The translations under genes and the position numbers were made by a program. A stretch of 64,000 bases of DNA from Lobosporangium transversale (taxonomy: Eukaryota): positions 248,001-312,000 of the forward strand of contig NW_019029022.1 of NCBI RefSeq assembly GCF_002105155.1. Direction: 5' to 3'. The first letter of the stretch is position 1. Each line of letters begins with the position of its first letter. Positions 1 through 16,796 of the stretch are shown piece after piece. The notes beneath the pieces are model-generated. The model had not been told where the DNA came from, made no database searches, and saw only the letters and a list, made by a program, of their open reading frames with translations.

Positions 1-41
1 TTGAGTTTGAGCCGAGTTATACCTTTGTCTTGTGCCTGTAG

Positions 42-434
42 GGGTACCTTGTCTTGATAGCCATGAAACATGCGATCTCCTTCAATGTCACAAAGAGAGC
101 CTGTATCTAGACCTCTTTTGTTCCCTGTACACATTCAAACACTGCAGCCTTGGAAGGATTGTCGAGAGGATGTCAGTTAGGACGTGTTCAGACAGATACA
201 CATACCGAGGGGGGACGTAAGGAAGTCTGTTTTTTTTTTTTTTTTTTTTTTTTCATTTCTTGTTGATTGTCATGGCGAAGGCTTGGTGGTGGTGGCAGTG
301 GTGGTGGTAGTAGCAGATCCACAAAAAGGAAATTTTCAGATGAAGGAGGAGGAGGAGTAGAGGGATCAAGACCACCGAAAGGACCTTTGCTGGGTCCAGG
401 AGGAGGGGGAGAGACAAGCCGGCAACAACAGTAG
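42..434 (+). CDS. Possible 3' end (or relic) of an unidentified gene entering from the left edge, with a Gly/Ser-rich C-terminus
   Basis: Open frame 42-216, donor GTAAGG at 217, poly-T intron, phase-compatible acceptors at 280 or 316, then LGGGGSGGGSSRSTKRKFSDEGGGG...RQQQ-TAG (432-434). No family recognised. Confidence 0.25.
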
Positions 435-817
435 GACACAATCTACTACAAACATGACTAGGTCCAGAAAGGCCTTCGTCTTAAAAAAATTGTAAGTATT
501 GGCTCGATATACTTTTTTTTCTTGGTTAATTTATTTATTTATTTATTTCTGTGTTCTAATACATTTCTTCTTTTTACAATAGATGGAATGTCTCGTTTTT
601 TAATGGGACGGACTATATGTTGATTTTACCCCCTATTGTCCAGTAGGAGAACAAGAAAAAACGTTGACTATCCCCCCTTTATTTTATTTTTTTTTTTTTG
701 ACGCGAAATTGTAAAGTTCTTTTGATTTTGAAAACCAGTGTCCGCAAATTATCAAGAAAAAACATTGGTGAGAGTTGGTCATGCATGTTTCCAGTGACAA
801 CAATTCGTTCTTTCCTC

Positions 818-850
<33 letters not shown>

Positions 851-1465
851 CCTTTGACTTGTGCTCAAATTCCAGCAAGTTGGATCTGTGAATGTTGGAA
901 AGTGTATATAAACTCTTTCCCCTTTTTCTCAAACCCTCGACTGTCCGACTGTCTTAATAATTGTTTTACCAATGACGAAACTGGATCACGTTTAAAGATA
1001 CCCATTTGCTTATGGCAAAAAAGTTGATCGTCCATGAAGGTTAGCAAACTATAAAAGATCATGGCAGTATGAATTTATCATTTTTTAAAAGAGATTGACA
1101 CCAAAGCCGAGGTTTTATTATTGTCCCAAGAAATTAAGTAATGTAAATACCGCAATTGTAACAATGTAGTTTTTCTGGGCACAAGCCCTGTTATTCTGCT
1201 GGCTTGAGGTATGTAAGAATGAGAGCAAAGTTGGCTTTTTTTTGTTTTCAAACCTCGCCAAGCTTCATTGCAGCCATTTGCGCCGACAAGGTCTATTGTG
1301 AAGAAGCAGGGCTTTCTTTTTCTGGCAATCTGGCGGAGTCCTCTGTCACACATGTCACACATGTCTTGGAAACTAAGTTGTCAGGTATTAAATATTGCCG
1401 CATGTCTTGAGAAAGCAAAAAAAGAAGGCACTTTTTGCCTTTGCTCTCATCAATTGAAAGTCAAC

Positions 1466-1504
1466 AAGAAGAAGAAGAAGAAGAAGAAGAAGAAGAAGAA
1501 GAAG
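1466..1504 (+). repeat. (AAG)13 microsatellite
   Basis: Perfect trinucleotide run read directly. (CT)n at about 1825-1846 and (AT)n at about 1889-1907 lie nearby in the flippase upstream region. Confidence 0.9.
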
Positions 1505-2257
1505 AAAAGCACAGCCCTGGATGAGGAAAGGAAGGAAAAGGGAAGGAAGGACAATACCCATGGAAAACAAAGTCATCTATCATTTATCAATGATGTGTTC
1601 GGATAGCTTTTACATCTTCACTTGTAAACTGCTAAAATTAACCTGCATATCAGAACGTGGTCGATCAACTGTCCTTTTAAAAAAGGGCCTTCCCTGTCTT
1701 CACTTTTATTTTATATGGTCATTTGTGTCATTTCATTCTTTCCATTGCTTCAACCTCCCCTCAAGGATCATTCTGATCCCCTCCAAACCCTTTCTTATTC
1801 TTTCTCTCTACTTTCTCTTCCTCGCTCTCTCTCTCTCTCTCTCTCTACTCTCCTCTCTTTCTTCCTCTTTCTTGATCTTTTTTTATTTATATATATATAT
1901 ATATATAAATATAAAAAAAAAACACACACACAATCCATTGACGCTTCATTCCGCTCTGTCCCAGAGTGCCATCAATCTCTTCTCCATTTCGTTTAATTTG
2001 CTTTCTCTTATTATTTCTGCATGTCCATCTGCCTATCAACCCATCTGTCTTTTTATCAGTCTTTCTATTGACATTACATTTGTTTACAGTCTCAAGTCCC
2101 TTAATCCAGTCAGTCTTTCATTCTTTTGACTTTTGCTTTTTCATACATATCGACACCCTGATATCCTGACATCCTTGGTACGCAGGCACACAGGCACACA
2201 GGCACACAGACATAGCATAGCGCACACTGTTATATTGCTACTATCGTCATTGTCACC

Positions 2258-5200
2258 ATGGAATTCGTTTATCGCGCCATCCCACACCGTGTGCGTCGTC
2301 TTTTCTCTCCAAAGCCAAAGGAGGGCGAAGGTCCAGAAGACAGTTATCGTCTTCGTCGAATGGAATCACATGCCTCCATGACTGCCACAAAACGAAGACG
2401 CATCTTCCTCAACTTGACACCAGAGTCAATTGAAAATGATCTCGATGCACCACATGTGTCTATACCTCATTACCCAACTAACAAGGTTACAACTTCGGTA
2501 AATATGCCCATAACAGCTCTCCTCTCTCTCTCTCTATTTTTTTTTTTTTTTTTTTTTTTTTTTGGTTCTGTGCAGCAATCAGAAGCACAAATCTGTAAGC
2601 GGGCTCGTTTTTATGTTGCATACAGTGCGGTGCGATCAACGAACAATTTGATATGTTTTCAGCAATCCTGAAATGATGACAATGCAATGTCGAAAGGAGA
2701 CATTAGATAAAGGGATATCACTTCACAAAACTTGGGCAAATTCCATTGATCAGCCAATGAGACCAAACCCTGTTCTATTTTTTGATTTGTTTATGATCCC
2801 TGTCAGCGTCTTCCGGTCCTTCAATTCCGGCATCTCGGTGGCCTTCTTTTCCGCTCCAATCCCAGTCACTCAGTCAACAAACCAACAACAAACAACAAGT
2901 TTGTTCCTCTTTTTGTTTGAGCTCTTTTTCTCTCTTTCGTCACTTGGTCTCTCATTCTCCGACATTGCATGCCCACACAAACATGTGCCTGTGCTGTGCA
3001 ATTTCCTTTGCTTTCTATATTTATTCTTGCGGGAAAAGGAACAATGTCCCATCACTGACAATGGAAATATTATATGATACTCAGCTCTATCCTGCCTTTT
3101 CGTGACTCCCGTATCACTTTCATGAATACGTGTATAAATATCATATCATCACTCGATACATTCGAGCCCTGGAATAGTGGCAGGCCATAGCAGCTGGTGC
3201 TTCTGATCTAAGGATCAACGCGGATCACTCGCTCATTTTATTTCATCCACCGCATTCCAGAACAGAAAGCAGGGGTGGCGTTGATAAATTAAAAAAAAGT
3301 GCAGCGGGAAGATCACCTTTACAGTCCTTCAACAGTGAAAAAAAAAAAAAAAAAAAAGCTCTCATAGTTACACAGCCCAGCATTACCCCTGTCTTCCTTT
3401 CCATTTTTTTTTGCTTTGTCAACCAACACTCATTGCTTTACATCTTCCCTTTTCATCTCTCTTGGTTTCTTGCCAGTGCACATTTGGATTTTTTTTTGTA
3501 TAAAGCATTATCGAAAGCCTGTAATTGGCTAAAGGTGTCGACTAATCAACCTTGGCAATGGACCTCGGTGTGCTTGTTCTTTCATGGTTTCATTTAAGCA
3601 CCAGGAGTGAAATAACTACTAGAACAATAGAACGAGGATGAGACGAAAGAAGGAGATGGGAAGGAAGAGAGGCTTGGAGTTTTAAGACTGGGACCTGTTC
3701 TATGAATAGCCAAAGGATATGGGCTGACACATTTGTGTTGATCGATTAATTTTGAGAAGGGTGATTGTTCTGTGCAACAAGCGATATATTATCCTAGATG
3801 TGGATAGGCGTCATGATTCATCTTGTTTTTTAACTCAATTTTTTTTTTTTTTTTTTTTTTTTCCCTAGAAATATGACCTGTTTTCGTTCATACCCAAAAA
3901 CCTGTTCGAGCAGTTCCGTCGTCTCGCTAATCTGTATTTTTTGTTCGTGGCAGGACTCTCAATTGCACCTATTCTTGGAGGGTTTGCGCCTTATTTGACT
4001 TTCCTACCTCTCATCTTCATCATCTCTGTCACAGCAATCAGAGATGCCATCGAGGATTGGAAGCGCCGGAAATCAGACGAAGCATTCAATAACGCACCAG
4101 TTATTCTCCTCCGAAATTGGACAAATACCAACATTCACTCTAGGAGCTCAAGTAAACTACAGGCAATTCAATCCACCATCAACAATCTGTTCAGCTTCCT
4201 CAGTAGACCCTCCAAATCACATCTTCCTAATCGTGCTGCCGCTATCAATGCTGCAGCCTTAACACCCGTTACACCAAGCGGACGCTCCGATCAAAATTCT
4301 TACTTTGATGGTCATTCTTCACATGGTGCGGCAACGGATGCCCAGGACTCTGCTGGCAGACCTATCCGACGTATCCGTCGCAACGTTCCTCATTCTGTAC
4401 TTAATCATACTGAATCATTCTCAGCAAAACACTCAACTGGCGCCAAGTGGCAGGATTGTATCTGGCAGGATGTTAGAGTCGGAGATATCATATATCTCAA
4501 AAATGACGATCCTATCCCAGCAGATATGGTCATTCTCTCCACATCCGAGCCAGATGCCTTGTGCTTTATTGAAACCAAAAATTTGGATGGAGAAACCAAC
4601 TTGAAAATTCGTCGTGGATTGACTGCTACCAAGGGACTCAAGACACCTGCAGACATTGAAAGAGCAGCATTTTATGTAGAATCAGAAGCCCCTCATGCCA
4701 ACTTGTATTCATATCAGGGAGCACTCAAATGGTTGGTTTCTGACGGAGCAGATATGCCTGCAGGAGATCGTGTTGTTCACAACAAGACTGAATCTATCAC
4801 CATCAACGAAATCTTATTGCGTGGATGTGTCTTGCGTAACACAGAGCACGTCATTGGAATGGTACTCTTCACAGGGGTCGATACCAAGATTATGTTGAAC
4901 TCTGGAGATACTCCTAGCAAACGCAGTCGTATTGAAAAGGACCTTAATTTCCATGTAAGCTATTTATTTCATCTATTATGTCCCTTGCATGCGCGTCATT
5001 AGTATTTATCCATTACGACATGATGCATCTGTGTATAAATTCATCCAAATTTGAACTAGAGCTTGAAATTGAGCTCGAGTCTGACTATTAATGAATGGGA
5101 ACTCTATTCGCCCGTTAGATCGTCATGAACTTTATCATCCTATTTGCTCTCTCTATTGGATCTGCCATTGCCAATGGTGTTATTTTCGCAGATACTGCTA

Positions 5201-8200
5201 ACAACTCTGGAACACTCTTCGAATTCGGTGCAGATGCATCCACGCCATTCATGTCGGCCTTCGTTACTTTCTGGTACAATAATAGGAATATCATTGTAAA
5301 CCATTATAAAAAAAAAGAAAAGAAAGAAAAAGAAAAAGGAACTGCACTCGAATTGCACTAAGATATGCATCATCTTTTCCCATCCTTCTAGGTCTTGTTT
5401 GATTTTGTATCAGAATATTGTACCGATTTCCTTGTACATTAGTATTGAAATTGTAAAGACAGCGCAGGCGTATTTTATTCACAAAGACATTGAGATGTAC
5501 GACGAGCGTGTCAATCAGGCATGTATCCCGAAAACATGGAGTATCTCTGACGATTTAGGCCAGATCGAATACATCTTTTCAGACAAGACAGGCACGCTGA
5601 CTCAAAATGTCATGGAGTTTCAAAAATGTACTATCAATGGACTTGACTATGGTATTGGCGAGACAGATGCTACACGAGGGCAAAAGATGACCGGTGATGG
5701 AGAGTATGAACCTATGGAATTCGAATCTGATGATGACTATATCGCTAAATTAAACATGGAGCGCATCAAAATGAAGACAGCTATGGATCAGCTTTTTGAA
5801 AACAAGTATTATTCTGACAAGACGACTTTTGTGGACTCGGATCTGTTTACAGATATGGCTGATCCGACCTCGAAACATGCCAAGGCGATCATGAACTTTT
5901 GGACAGCGGTTGCAGTCTGCCATACTGTCATTACAGAGCGTGATGATGAGGATCCTTACAAGATTGAGTACAAGGCTCAATCACCTGATGAAGCTGCATT
6001 GGTTTCAACAGCCCGGGACGTTGGTTTTGTCTTCTTGGAGAAGAAGGGACCAGTTATGCATCTGGAAATCATGGGCCAACCACGGACGTATAAGATTTTG
6101 AACATCTTGGAATTCAACTCGAACAGAAAGCGTATGTCGATCATCCTTCGGCCACCAGAAGGTGGTATCGTGCTCGTCTGTAAAGGTGCGGACAGTGTTA
6201 TTTATGAACGTCTGGACAAGGGCGATGAGCAAAGCAAGCTGCGTGAAGACACTTTGGTTGATCTAGAACGGTTCGCAAATGAAGGTAAAAAAAAAAAAAA
6301 AAAAAAAAGAAAAGTTATTTTACGATATCCACTTCATTCGTAAATTTCTAATCTCAACTCTGAGGTATAAAATTTAATTTTGTTAGGTCTTCGTACCCTT
6401 TGCTTGGCTTATCGTAAAATCAGCGAGGAAGAGTATGCAGAATGGGTACTGGAGTATGATGAGGCCTGCAACACTATTCATAATCGCGATGAAAATATTG
6501 AAAATGCTTGTGAGGGCATTGAGCATTCGCTACTTCTCTTGGGAGGCACTGCCATTGAGGATCGACTTCAGGTTGGCGTCCCAGAGTGTATCGCACTATT
6601 GTCCCGCGCTGGAATCAAGCTCTGGGTTTTGACAGGAGATAAGACGGAGACGGCCATTAACATTGGATTTGCATGCAATCTACTTCAGAGGGACATGATC
6701 CTGATCATTATTCAAGCGCAGGATAAGGAAGACACGCGTGAGCAGCTTATGAAGGCACTAGACAAATTCTGGGGACGGGAGGCGGAGAAAGATCCGTCTT
6801 TGACCAATAGGTCGCATGCATTGGTTATTGACGGAGAGACACTCAAATATGGCTTGTCGCCATCACTGAATGGTTTACTTCTGGATGTCGGCAAACGCTG
6901 CAAGTCTGTCATTTGCTGTCGTGTCTCACCACTGCAGAAGGCCAAAGTCGTCAGCATGGTGAAGCGTGGGTTGGATGTCATGACTCTCTCCATCGGAGAC
7001 GGCGCCAACGACGTATCCATGATCCAGGAGGCCAACATTGGGATTGGTATTGCGGGAGAGGAAGGTCGTCAGGCCGTGATGGCGTCCGACTTTGCTATCG
7101 CTCAATTCCGGTTCCTTTCAAAATTGCTCCTCGTTCATGGACGTTGGTCCTATATCCGAATCTCAGAGATGATCTTGACATTTTTCTACAAGAACGTCGT
7201 GTGGACCTTGACCATCTTTTGGTTCCAATTCTTCTCTGGGTATGCTAAGAACTAACACTATCCAGGTTTTGGTATCCATATTTGTTTATTATTCAATGAC
7301 TGATTTATCTTGATACCTTTCATTATGTCTCTTACTTAGCTTTACAGCGCTGCTGTTGTTTGATTATACCTTTGTGGTACTATATAACCTGCTGTTCACG
7401 TCTTTGCCAATCATGTTCATGGGAGCGTTCGATCAGGATGTAGATGCAAAGACCTCGATGCAGTTCCCAGCGTTATATCTCCGTGGAATCAAACAGAAGC
7501 ACTTTACGCGCAGCAAGTTCTGGTTGTATGTTCTAGATGGACTTTATCAATCTATCATTTGCTTCTTCATCCCATGGTATCTCTCGAACGATATCTACTC
7601 AAATGGACATAGTACCAATGACCTAGTCTCTATCGGAGCATTGATCTCTGCCTGCTCTGTTGTCGTTGCCAACTTGTATGTGGGTCTCAATATGTTTCAC
7701 TGGACCAAGATGATTTTCGCTGTGATCTTTGGGTCAATCATTGTCTTTTTCCTCTATTGCTGGGTGTATGCCAACTTTTTCACAGTCGAGAACACGTTCT
7801 ACGGCATGGATCATATTCTACTCTCCAGCCCTACTTTCTGGCTCGCTATCGTGTTGTCAGTTGTTTTAACTATGTTGCCTCACTATGGCTACAAGTTTGC
7901 TCGCCAATATCTGAAGCCTAACGATATTATCATTGTTCGCGAGCAGCTGTACAGAGAGAAGCACCCTTCAAAGAAGGAGCGTCGTGCCAGAAAGTTGAAG
8001 GCCATGGCTTTGCGTGAGAGTGAATTGAACGGAACAACCAGTAGTTTTCACGAGACAGGCGTTCCTAGCCATGTGCTCGGGGATGATGATATGGAAGACA
8101 ACGATTTAGATCAAATCCCCGTCATTCGCAACTCTCCTACAATCATATCACCAGACGATCCAAATGAGCACCAGCCAGGCGACATTAGGCAGCGTCAGTC

Positions 8201-9323
8201 TAGCCCATCATCCATGCTTAGCGTGGGTAAGATGGATGAACCAAGTTATTTGAAGGGAAGCGCTGTTGCAGCTGAAGGACTAGCAGTGTCTTCAACATCG
8301 CTTACGGCTCAACCACAGCGAGAGTTGGTTGGACGGAGACGTGTTAACAACAACAACACAAATGCCACTGTAACGGCTGACACATCCATAGGGCATAGTG
8401 ATAACAATGGTGGTGGCAGTGATATGCTGGAGCCAACCAATCGCAAGTTCGCTCAAGGTTATCCCACCATATCATTCTCATTCAACCAAGAACTTGCCTC
8501 TGCGGCTGCAGCGGGCACTGCTGCTCATGCTAGCACAGGGATTGGAGCAGTGGATAGGCCACGCAACAAACGCCAGAGTACACCCTCTGTTCCTGTAGGT
8601 GGGCCTAACTTTAGATTTATGGGGGAAGATTCTCCATCCTCTGGATCTGGATCTGCGTCGAATCGACCTGTCAGTCATAAATCTGGTCATACTGGATTTG
8701 CATTTTCAACTGACGATGCATCAGCGTTTGTGTATTCACACTTGAACCGGGTACACAGTGCAAGTGCAGATGAGCGAGTGTCAGCTGCTAAAGCCAGACG
8801 AGCTTCGCGACGATACCAAGTAGGAAGGAATAGTATCGATGGAAGCGAGGTTGGATCTGGATCTCATCCTAGCTCGCCTGTAATAGCGTCAGGATTTGGA
8901 TATGATTCTCACGATAGAGTGTCTCCAGAAGTAAGGTCGCCGTTTGATGACAGTAATGAAGTAGATTCATCATCACAGCCAACTATTGGAGATGCTACAG
9001 GTATTGATAGTGGACGGCGCGAATCTCTAACCCGGCGACCCCGAGGACTCAGTCGATCGATGACTGCGCCCGATATTCCTGTCACTGAGCTAGGAGCCAT
9101 ATTAAAGCAACAGCAGAAGGATATGGAGTTGGGAATAGAAAGACTGTCGAAGGCGGAGGCATCTGTAAAAGCAGCAGCAAAAGCACAGCAGCGACAGAGC
9201 GTACAGAAGGTGAGATTCCAGGGTGCACCTGAGGATGAGGACGAAAAAGAGAAAGAGCCGAATCCATCAGCAGCAGGCTCTGGATCTGGATCTGCACGTC
9301 GAGAATCATCGAAAGAGAAATAG
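2258..9323 (+). CDS. P4-type ATPase phospholipid flippase (Dnf1/Dnf2-like), 6 exons
   Basis: Exons 2258-2497, 3869-4954, 5119-5273, 5392-6284, 6387-7239 and 7340-9323, all GT-AG and phase-consistent. Motifs: KY..FSFIPKNLFEQFRR.AN, DGETNLK, PISLY, DKTGTLT, KGAD, TGDK, GDGAND. Confidence 0.95.
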
Positions 9324-9429
9324 TAATACAAATAAATAAAAATATAAAATGAGATCGATTTAATATATTGCACACGAGACTCTTTTTACTTTTTCCTAAA
9401 TCACATCCTAATGCATTTTAGAAACAACA

Positions 9430-11300
9430 GGATTTTATGCTTTTTATCAAGAAGAGAAAGCCGAGATCAGGCTGGCCATCGTACACAGATTGTGGAAGCG
9501 CTGTGAAAAGTTGATAAAGGCGACTGTTCAGTGCCTGTTATTTCTCCATATCTCCCTGGATTTAGCAGTAGTTAACAGAATTATTTGATTTCTCTCGAAC
9601 GACCGCCATCTAGAGGAACTAGTTAGAATTGTCAGAGTTCGCTGCATCGTTCAAACAATAAAATTCGAGCGGTAGTCAGCCAACCCTCGAAATATGATAT
9701 AAAATAACATCTCAAGACACTTCAATAGAATTACGGTAGCTACTGAGACGTAGATTAGATATTCTCGTCTCTTATATGCACTGGATGATACAGAGGTTGT
9801 TCCCTGAGCTAAGCTTTTTGAAGTTACGCCAAGTATCAGTAAATATAGACATAGTCTCGCTTTCCACATATTCCCATCCCTTCCCAATCCAAGGGCTGTG
9901 ACATAGCCATGAAAGGATACATATTTGTCAAAGCACTGATACATTCCTTGCAAAGTGCATGTGTGTGTTAAAAGTATTGTTCAAGGAACGTAGGCTGGTC
10001 AATGACATGTGGCCCCTGTTCAGATGTTTATATAGCTCCATATAGTGTCCAAGCAGTCGTCAAAGTGTACAGATTCTTGATGCGCGCCGAACACCGTTGA
10101 AAAAAATATCCATACTGTAACCATAGACATGGCTACCACAAATGTGGGCATCTAATATCCACAAAGTGGTTTCGTCATTTGTAAGTCGGATAATATTGGA
10201 CATATCATGAAACCCTGATACTCTTGTCGATCTTCCTCGGAAGTCTATCCCACCTATTAAGCCTGTAGAGCGTAAATTTGGTGAGGACACCCATCGCGTG
10301 GATATGAGCATCCAAAAATCCTCATTTTCTGCTGATGACTAGATGAGCGTTTCATGGTAATCTTCAAAGACCTGCCACTTTCTAGTAAGGCTTGAAAAGT
10401 TTTATTTGTGAAGATCATTCCTCATAGTATCTAGGTTGAAGGACTTGAAGCTATATGTACTGAAGTTCGCAGTCTATTTCATGTCGAGTTTTCAAGTAAA
10501 TTCGAAGAGGCAGTTAGTTGTACGGGTGTGGCCTGATTAGAGGGAAAAAAAGCGGTTTTGTGGATAGGTTTTAAAGACTTAGCTCAATTCTCGCACTCGA
10601 TCCAAGCCTGGTATTACTTCGGGGACTTGATGAGGCTCGAGGGCTGCTAACCGTTGTTTTTGCTCAAAGTTGTCTTTCATCCACTTGCTCGATAGCTTGC
10701 TAAAGAAGTATATCTTGAGACAGGATTGAGGATGAGTGCAGGAGAAAGAGCTGTCTTTTCTGATATACCTACCTTTGGCGCTTCGTAGCTGATGTCCGCT
10801 TTTGCGTTTGTCATCTTCATTGTGCTGGTTATAGACCACAAATCCAAGTTTACATCCAACTCTTGTCTGCTTTACCAAGCTGCTAGCATCAAGAGCCTAA
10901 TCGAAAACTGGAACGAAACTCTCAAGGAAGTACTCTTTGACCACAAGGAAAACGCACAGACAGTCTATCCTAACCATTTGTTGCAACAAAGGTATTGGGA
11001 CGCCTATTTGAAGATGAAGGAATACTGTCCATTCCTCTAACGACATATGCCAAAGAAAGATTTCAGTGTCGTTACTGTTTAAGATATGATTGCTCGGGGT
11101 TTGAGTTGGAGCAAGTTACGATCCACTTTTTATTCTCCCACTTTTTTTTGGAAAGCATGATAGCCTACATATATTTTTTGAGAATGGCTTCAAGTGAAGT
11201 CATTTATCCAGAGGGTTTCTCAAACTCAAGAAGTATTGATGTACCGTGTTTGCCTTCTCTTATACGTTTCCGGACTAAGATACCAGCCTAAAAATATGGA
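9430..11300. pseudogene. Possible decayed coding sequence of unknown family
   Basis: About 2 kb of mixed-composition sequence lacking the long homopolymers of neighbouring non-coding DNA. Holds several 60-100 aa protein-like frames broken by stops. No recognisable motif. Confidence 0.2.
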
Positions 11301-11597
11301 AAGGTTTATGGTTCATCTCTAGCTTTACCATAGTTTTCAGCCTTGCTATGCCCCCAGGTACCGCGGCCTGTGCCTCAGTTGGAATAAGTCAGGATCGGCC
11401 CTAAATAATCTGTTTGACCTTTCACCTCAAGGGTATTAGCTCTCCGTAACTGGATTGCCAGCCGTAAGCTGAAAGTCTAAAAGGACAGGGATTCAGAGAT
11501 TAGCGCAGAGAAGACAATAAGGAGAAACTATCGAGTGCCGAGGCCACTGAAGGATCGAAAGACTGGGACACTACTTGTTCAGTTCAAAGAAAGCAAA

Positions 11598-11605
11598 TCA
11601 CGTGA
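11598..11605. promoter_or_regulatory. Palindromic E-box TCACGTGA upstream of V-ATPase A
   Basis: ATCACGTGA lies just upstream of the pyrimidine-rich promoter/5' UTR. The same motif recurs in other promoters of the window. Confidence 0.5.
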
Positions 11606-12058
11606 AGGTGAATCCGTCACGATTTTCAATTTCGTGGCTGTATCCAGGTCAATGCAACCTGGCTATTCGACTGTCAAACTAACAGACTAACATTCACCCC
11701 GTACCCCTGTACAATTGCCTCTTTTCTTTTCTTCCAAACTCCACTCAACTTCCCTATCTTCCCTCTCTCCCTGCCACTCACACAAACACACAATCATTGA
11801 CTCTGTCTTCTTCAATTCCTTACTTTCATTTCAGTTCGAGAGGAAAGCACATTTCAGAGGTACAAAAAAAAAAAAAAGACAAATGTTTTGACCTCTTTTG
11901 ACAACACATGGTGTCAAGAGTCTTAGCCCGTGGAAAAAATAGAAAATCATTCACAGACGCGATTTTTCTTCTTTTTCTTTCAACTTTACTTGATAGTTGA
12001 AAAACATAACAAGCATCACTTCAATTATTAGGATATCTTTTCACTTGACAACGTCAAC

Positions 12059-15096
<3,038 letters not shown>

Positions 15097-15259
15097 TATA
15101 TAAGAGATATAGGAGTAGAAATAGTGGCTACAGATGAAGGAAAAAAAAGAAAAAAGTAAAAGGAGGCCGTCCTTTATGTTACAGGAAATAAAGATAAAAG
15201 CGTTGAAATATTCATTTATTAGTGCTCGCACGATGTATGCTATTGTGAAAGAAGAGTCA

Positions 15260-15373
15260 TCAAGTGCTGATTGCTTGTTTGGATTGAGAGGAGACAAAGA
15301 ATTCTTGAGGAATTGGGATTGGGAAGGAGATGAAACTGGAAATAAATTGCCGCACTAACGAAATACTCCTCTG

Positions 15374-15407
<34 letters not shown>

Positions 15408-16240
15408 GTCAGCTTTTTTTGATAGTTTAACAAGGCATTTGTTTCGTTTTTGCCAAATATCAGACATTACCTCAATATCATCTATGCCTGATCCGACCAT
15501 GTTCTTGTTCATAAAACCTAGCATCATCCCAGTCGAGATCTTGAACGCTTCCAAAATGCTCTTAGAACCGCCTTCCCCGCTTTGACTTCCGTGTCGTTGC
15601 TGTTGCTGTTTTTGATTCTGAAGGTAGAGCAGAGGAATTAAGAGTGGGTCGATATCAAACACATCTGCATCCCCATCCATGTCTGTGTCTGTATCAGTTT
15701 GTCCCAATCTCAGCTTCTTCGACTTGGCGGAGCTGCCATAGTTGCCCAAGACCTTTGCGGCTCGTTGGATCGCATATGCTACCACTAAGCACATTGTCTG
15801 CAACACTTCAATAGCGCCATCTGATTGTTGTTGACCAGACGATAATGGTCTTTTTGCTGATGCTAAAGTAAAGCCTAGGGTGGAAGATGACGATGTTGAC
15901 GTTGACGTTGACGGTATCGCTGGAGCAACACAGGTCCGCAGAACTGTGTACTCATGTGCTAAGCTGTTAAATTGATCCGCACATTGATAAAGTGCCAGCT
16001 CGTCCTCTGGATATATTTGAGGATTCTGTTGTTCTTGTAAACGTTCTGATGAAAGCGTCATAGAGAGTAACCGAAGTGTCCCAATTGTGGACTGACAAGT
16101 ATCCAGGTATCGACGGCGTAGCTCGCAGTAATGAAGATGGAATGATCTATCCACTTGATGGGCTTCGAGTTCCTAGAACAATGGTAAATACAAGCAAATG
16201 AGAATATGAGTGAGCGAGGGTCCCTATATGTGCAATACCG

Positions 16241-16278
<38 letters not shown>

Positions 16279-16764
16279 TCGAGGCAAGATATAACCTTGG
16301 TGTACATCTGCTTCTGAGGGCACAAGTCTAACCGCTCACTATCGTCCTGGTCTCCGAAGGCAGCTCCTGATTGCAATGAACTCTCGATCAATGCCATTGT
16401 ATGCTCTGTCATCAGCCATAATGATGAAGAAACACTTTTGGCATTTTTCTCCTGGTTCTTGAGAGCAACTAACGCTAATGATGGCCAACCTGTCTGCAGT
16501 GAGTAGCGCGCTAATTGGTACAGCTCCCAATGGTTCCGCGTATAATGTTCCAACATGTCCATTTTGCCAAACTGCTCCAAGATCCGCGTCATCCGCATTT
16601 CAAAAGACTCAATGCACTCAATAGCTACAGCAGTAGTAGTAGCAGTAGTGGCAGCAGCAACAGCGGCGCCTGAACTACGACGAACTCCATGAGAAGGGAT
16701 AGTGGATTCAAGAAGTGCTCTGTACACCAAAATCTGAGTGCCATTGTATTTTAGGAAAAATTAG

Positions 16765-16796
<32 letters not shown>

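Noticed and set aside
684..2381. Many 60-200 aa ORFs rich in K, F, L and S
   Set aside because: They are artefacts of homopolymers and microsatellites in the flippase upstream region, with no domain-like content.
5020..5085. Possible C/D box snoRNA (ATGATGC...CTGA) in a flippase intron
   Set aside because: The C box is imperfect, the CTGAC is better explained as the branch point, and there is no terminal stem.
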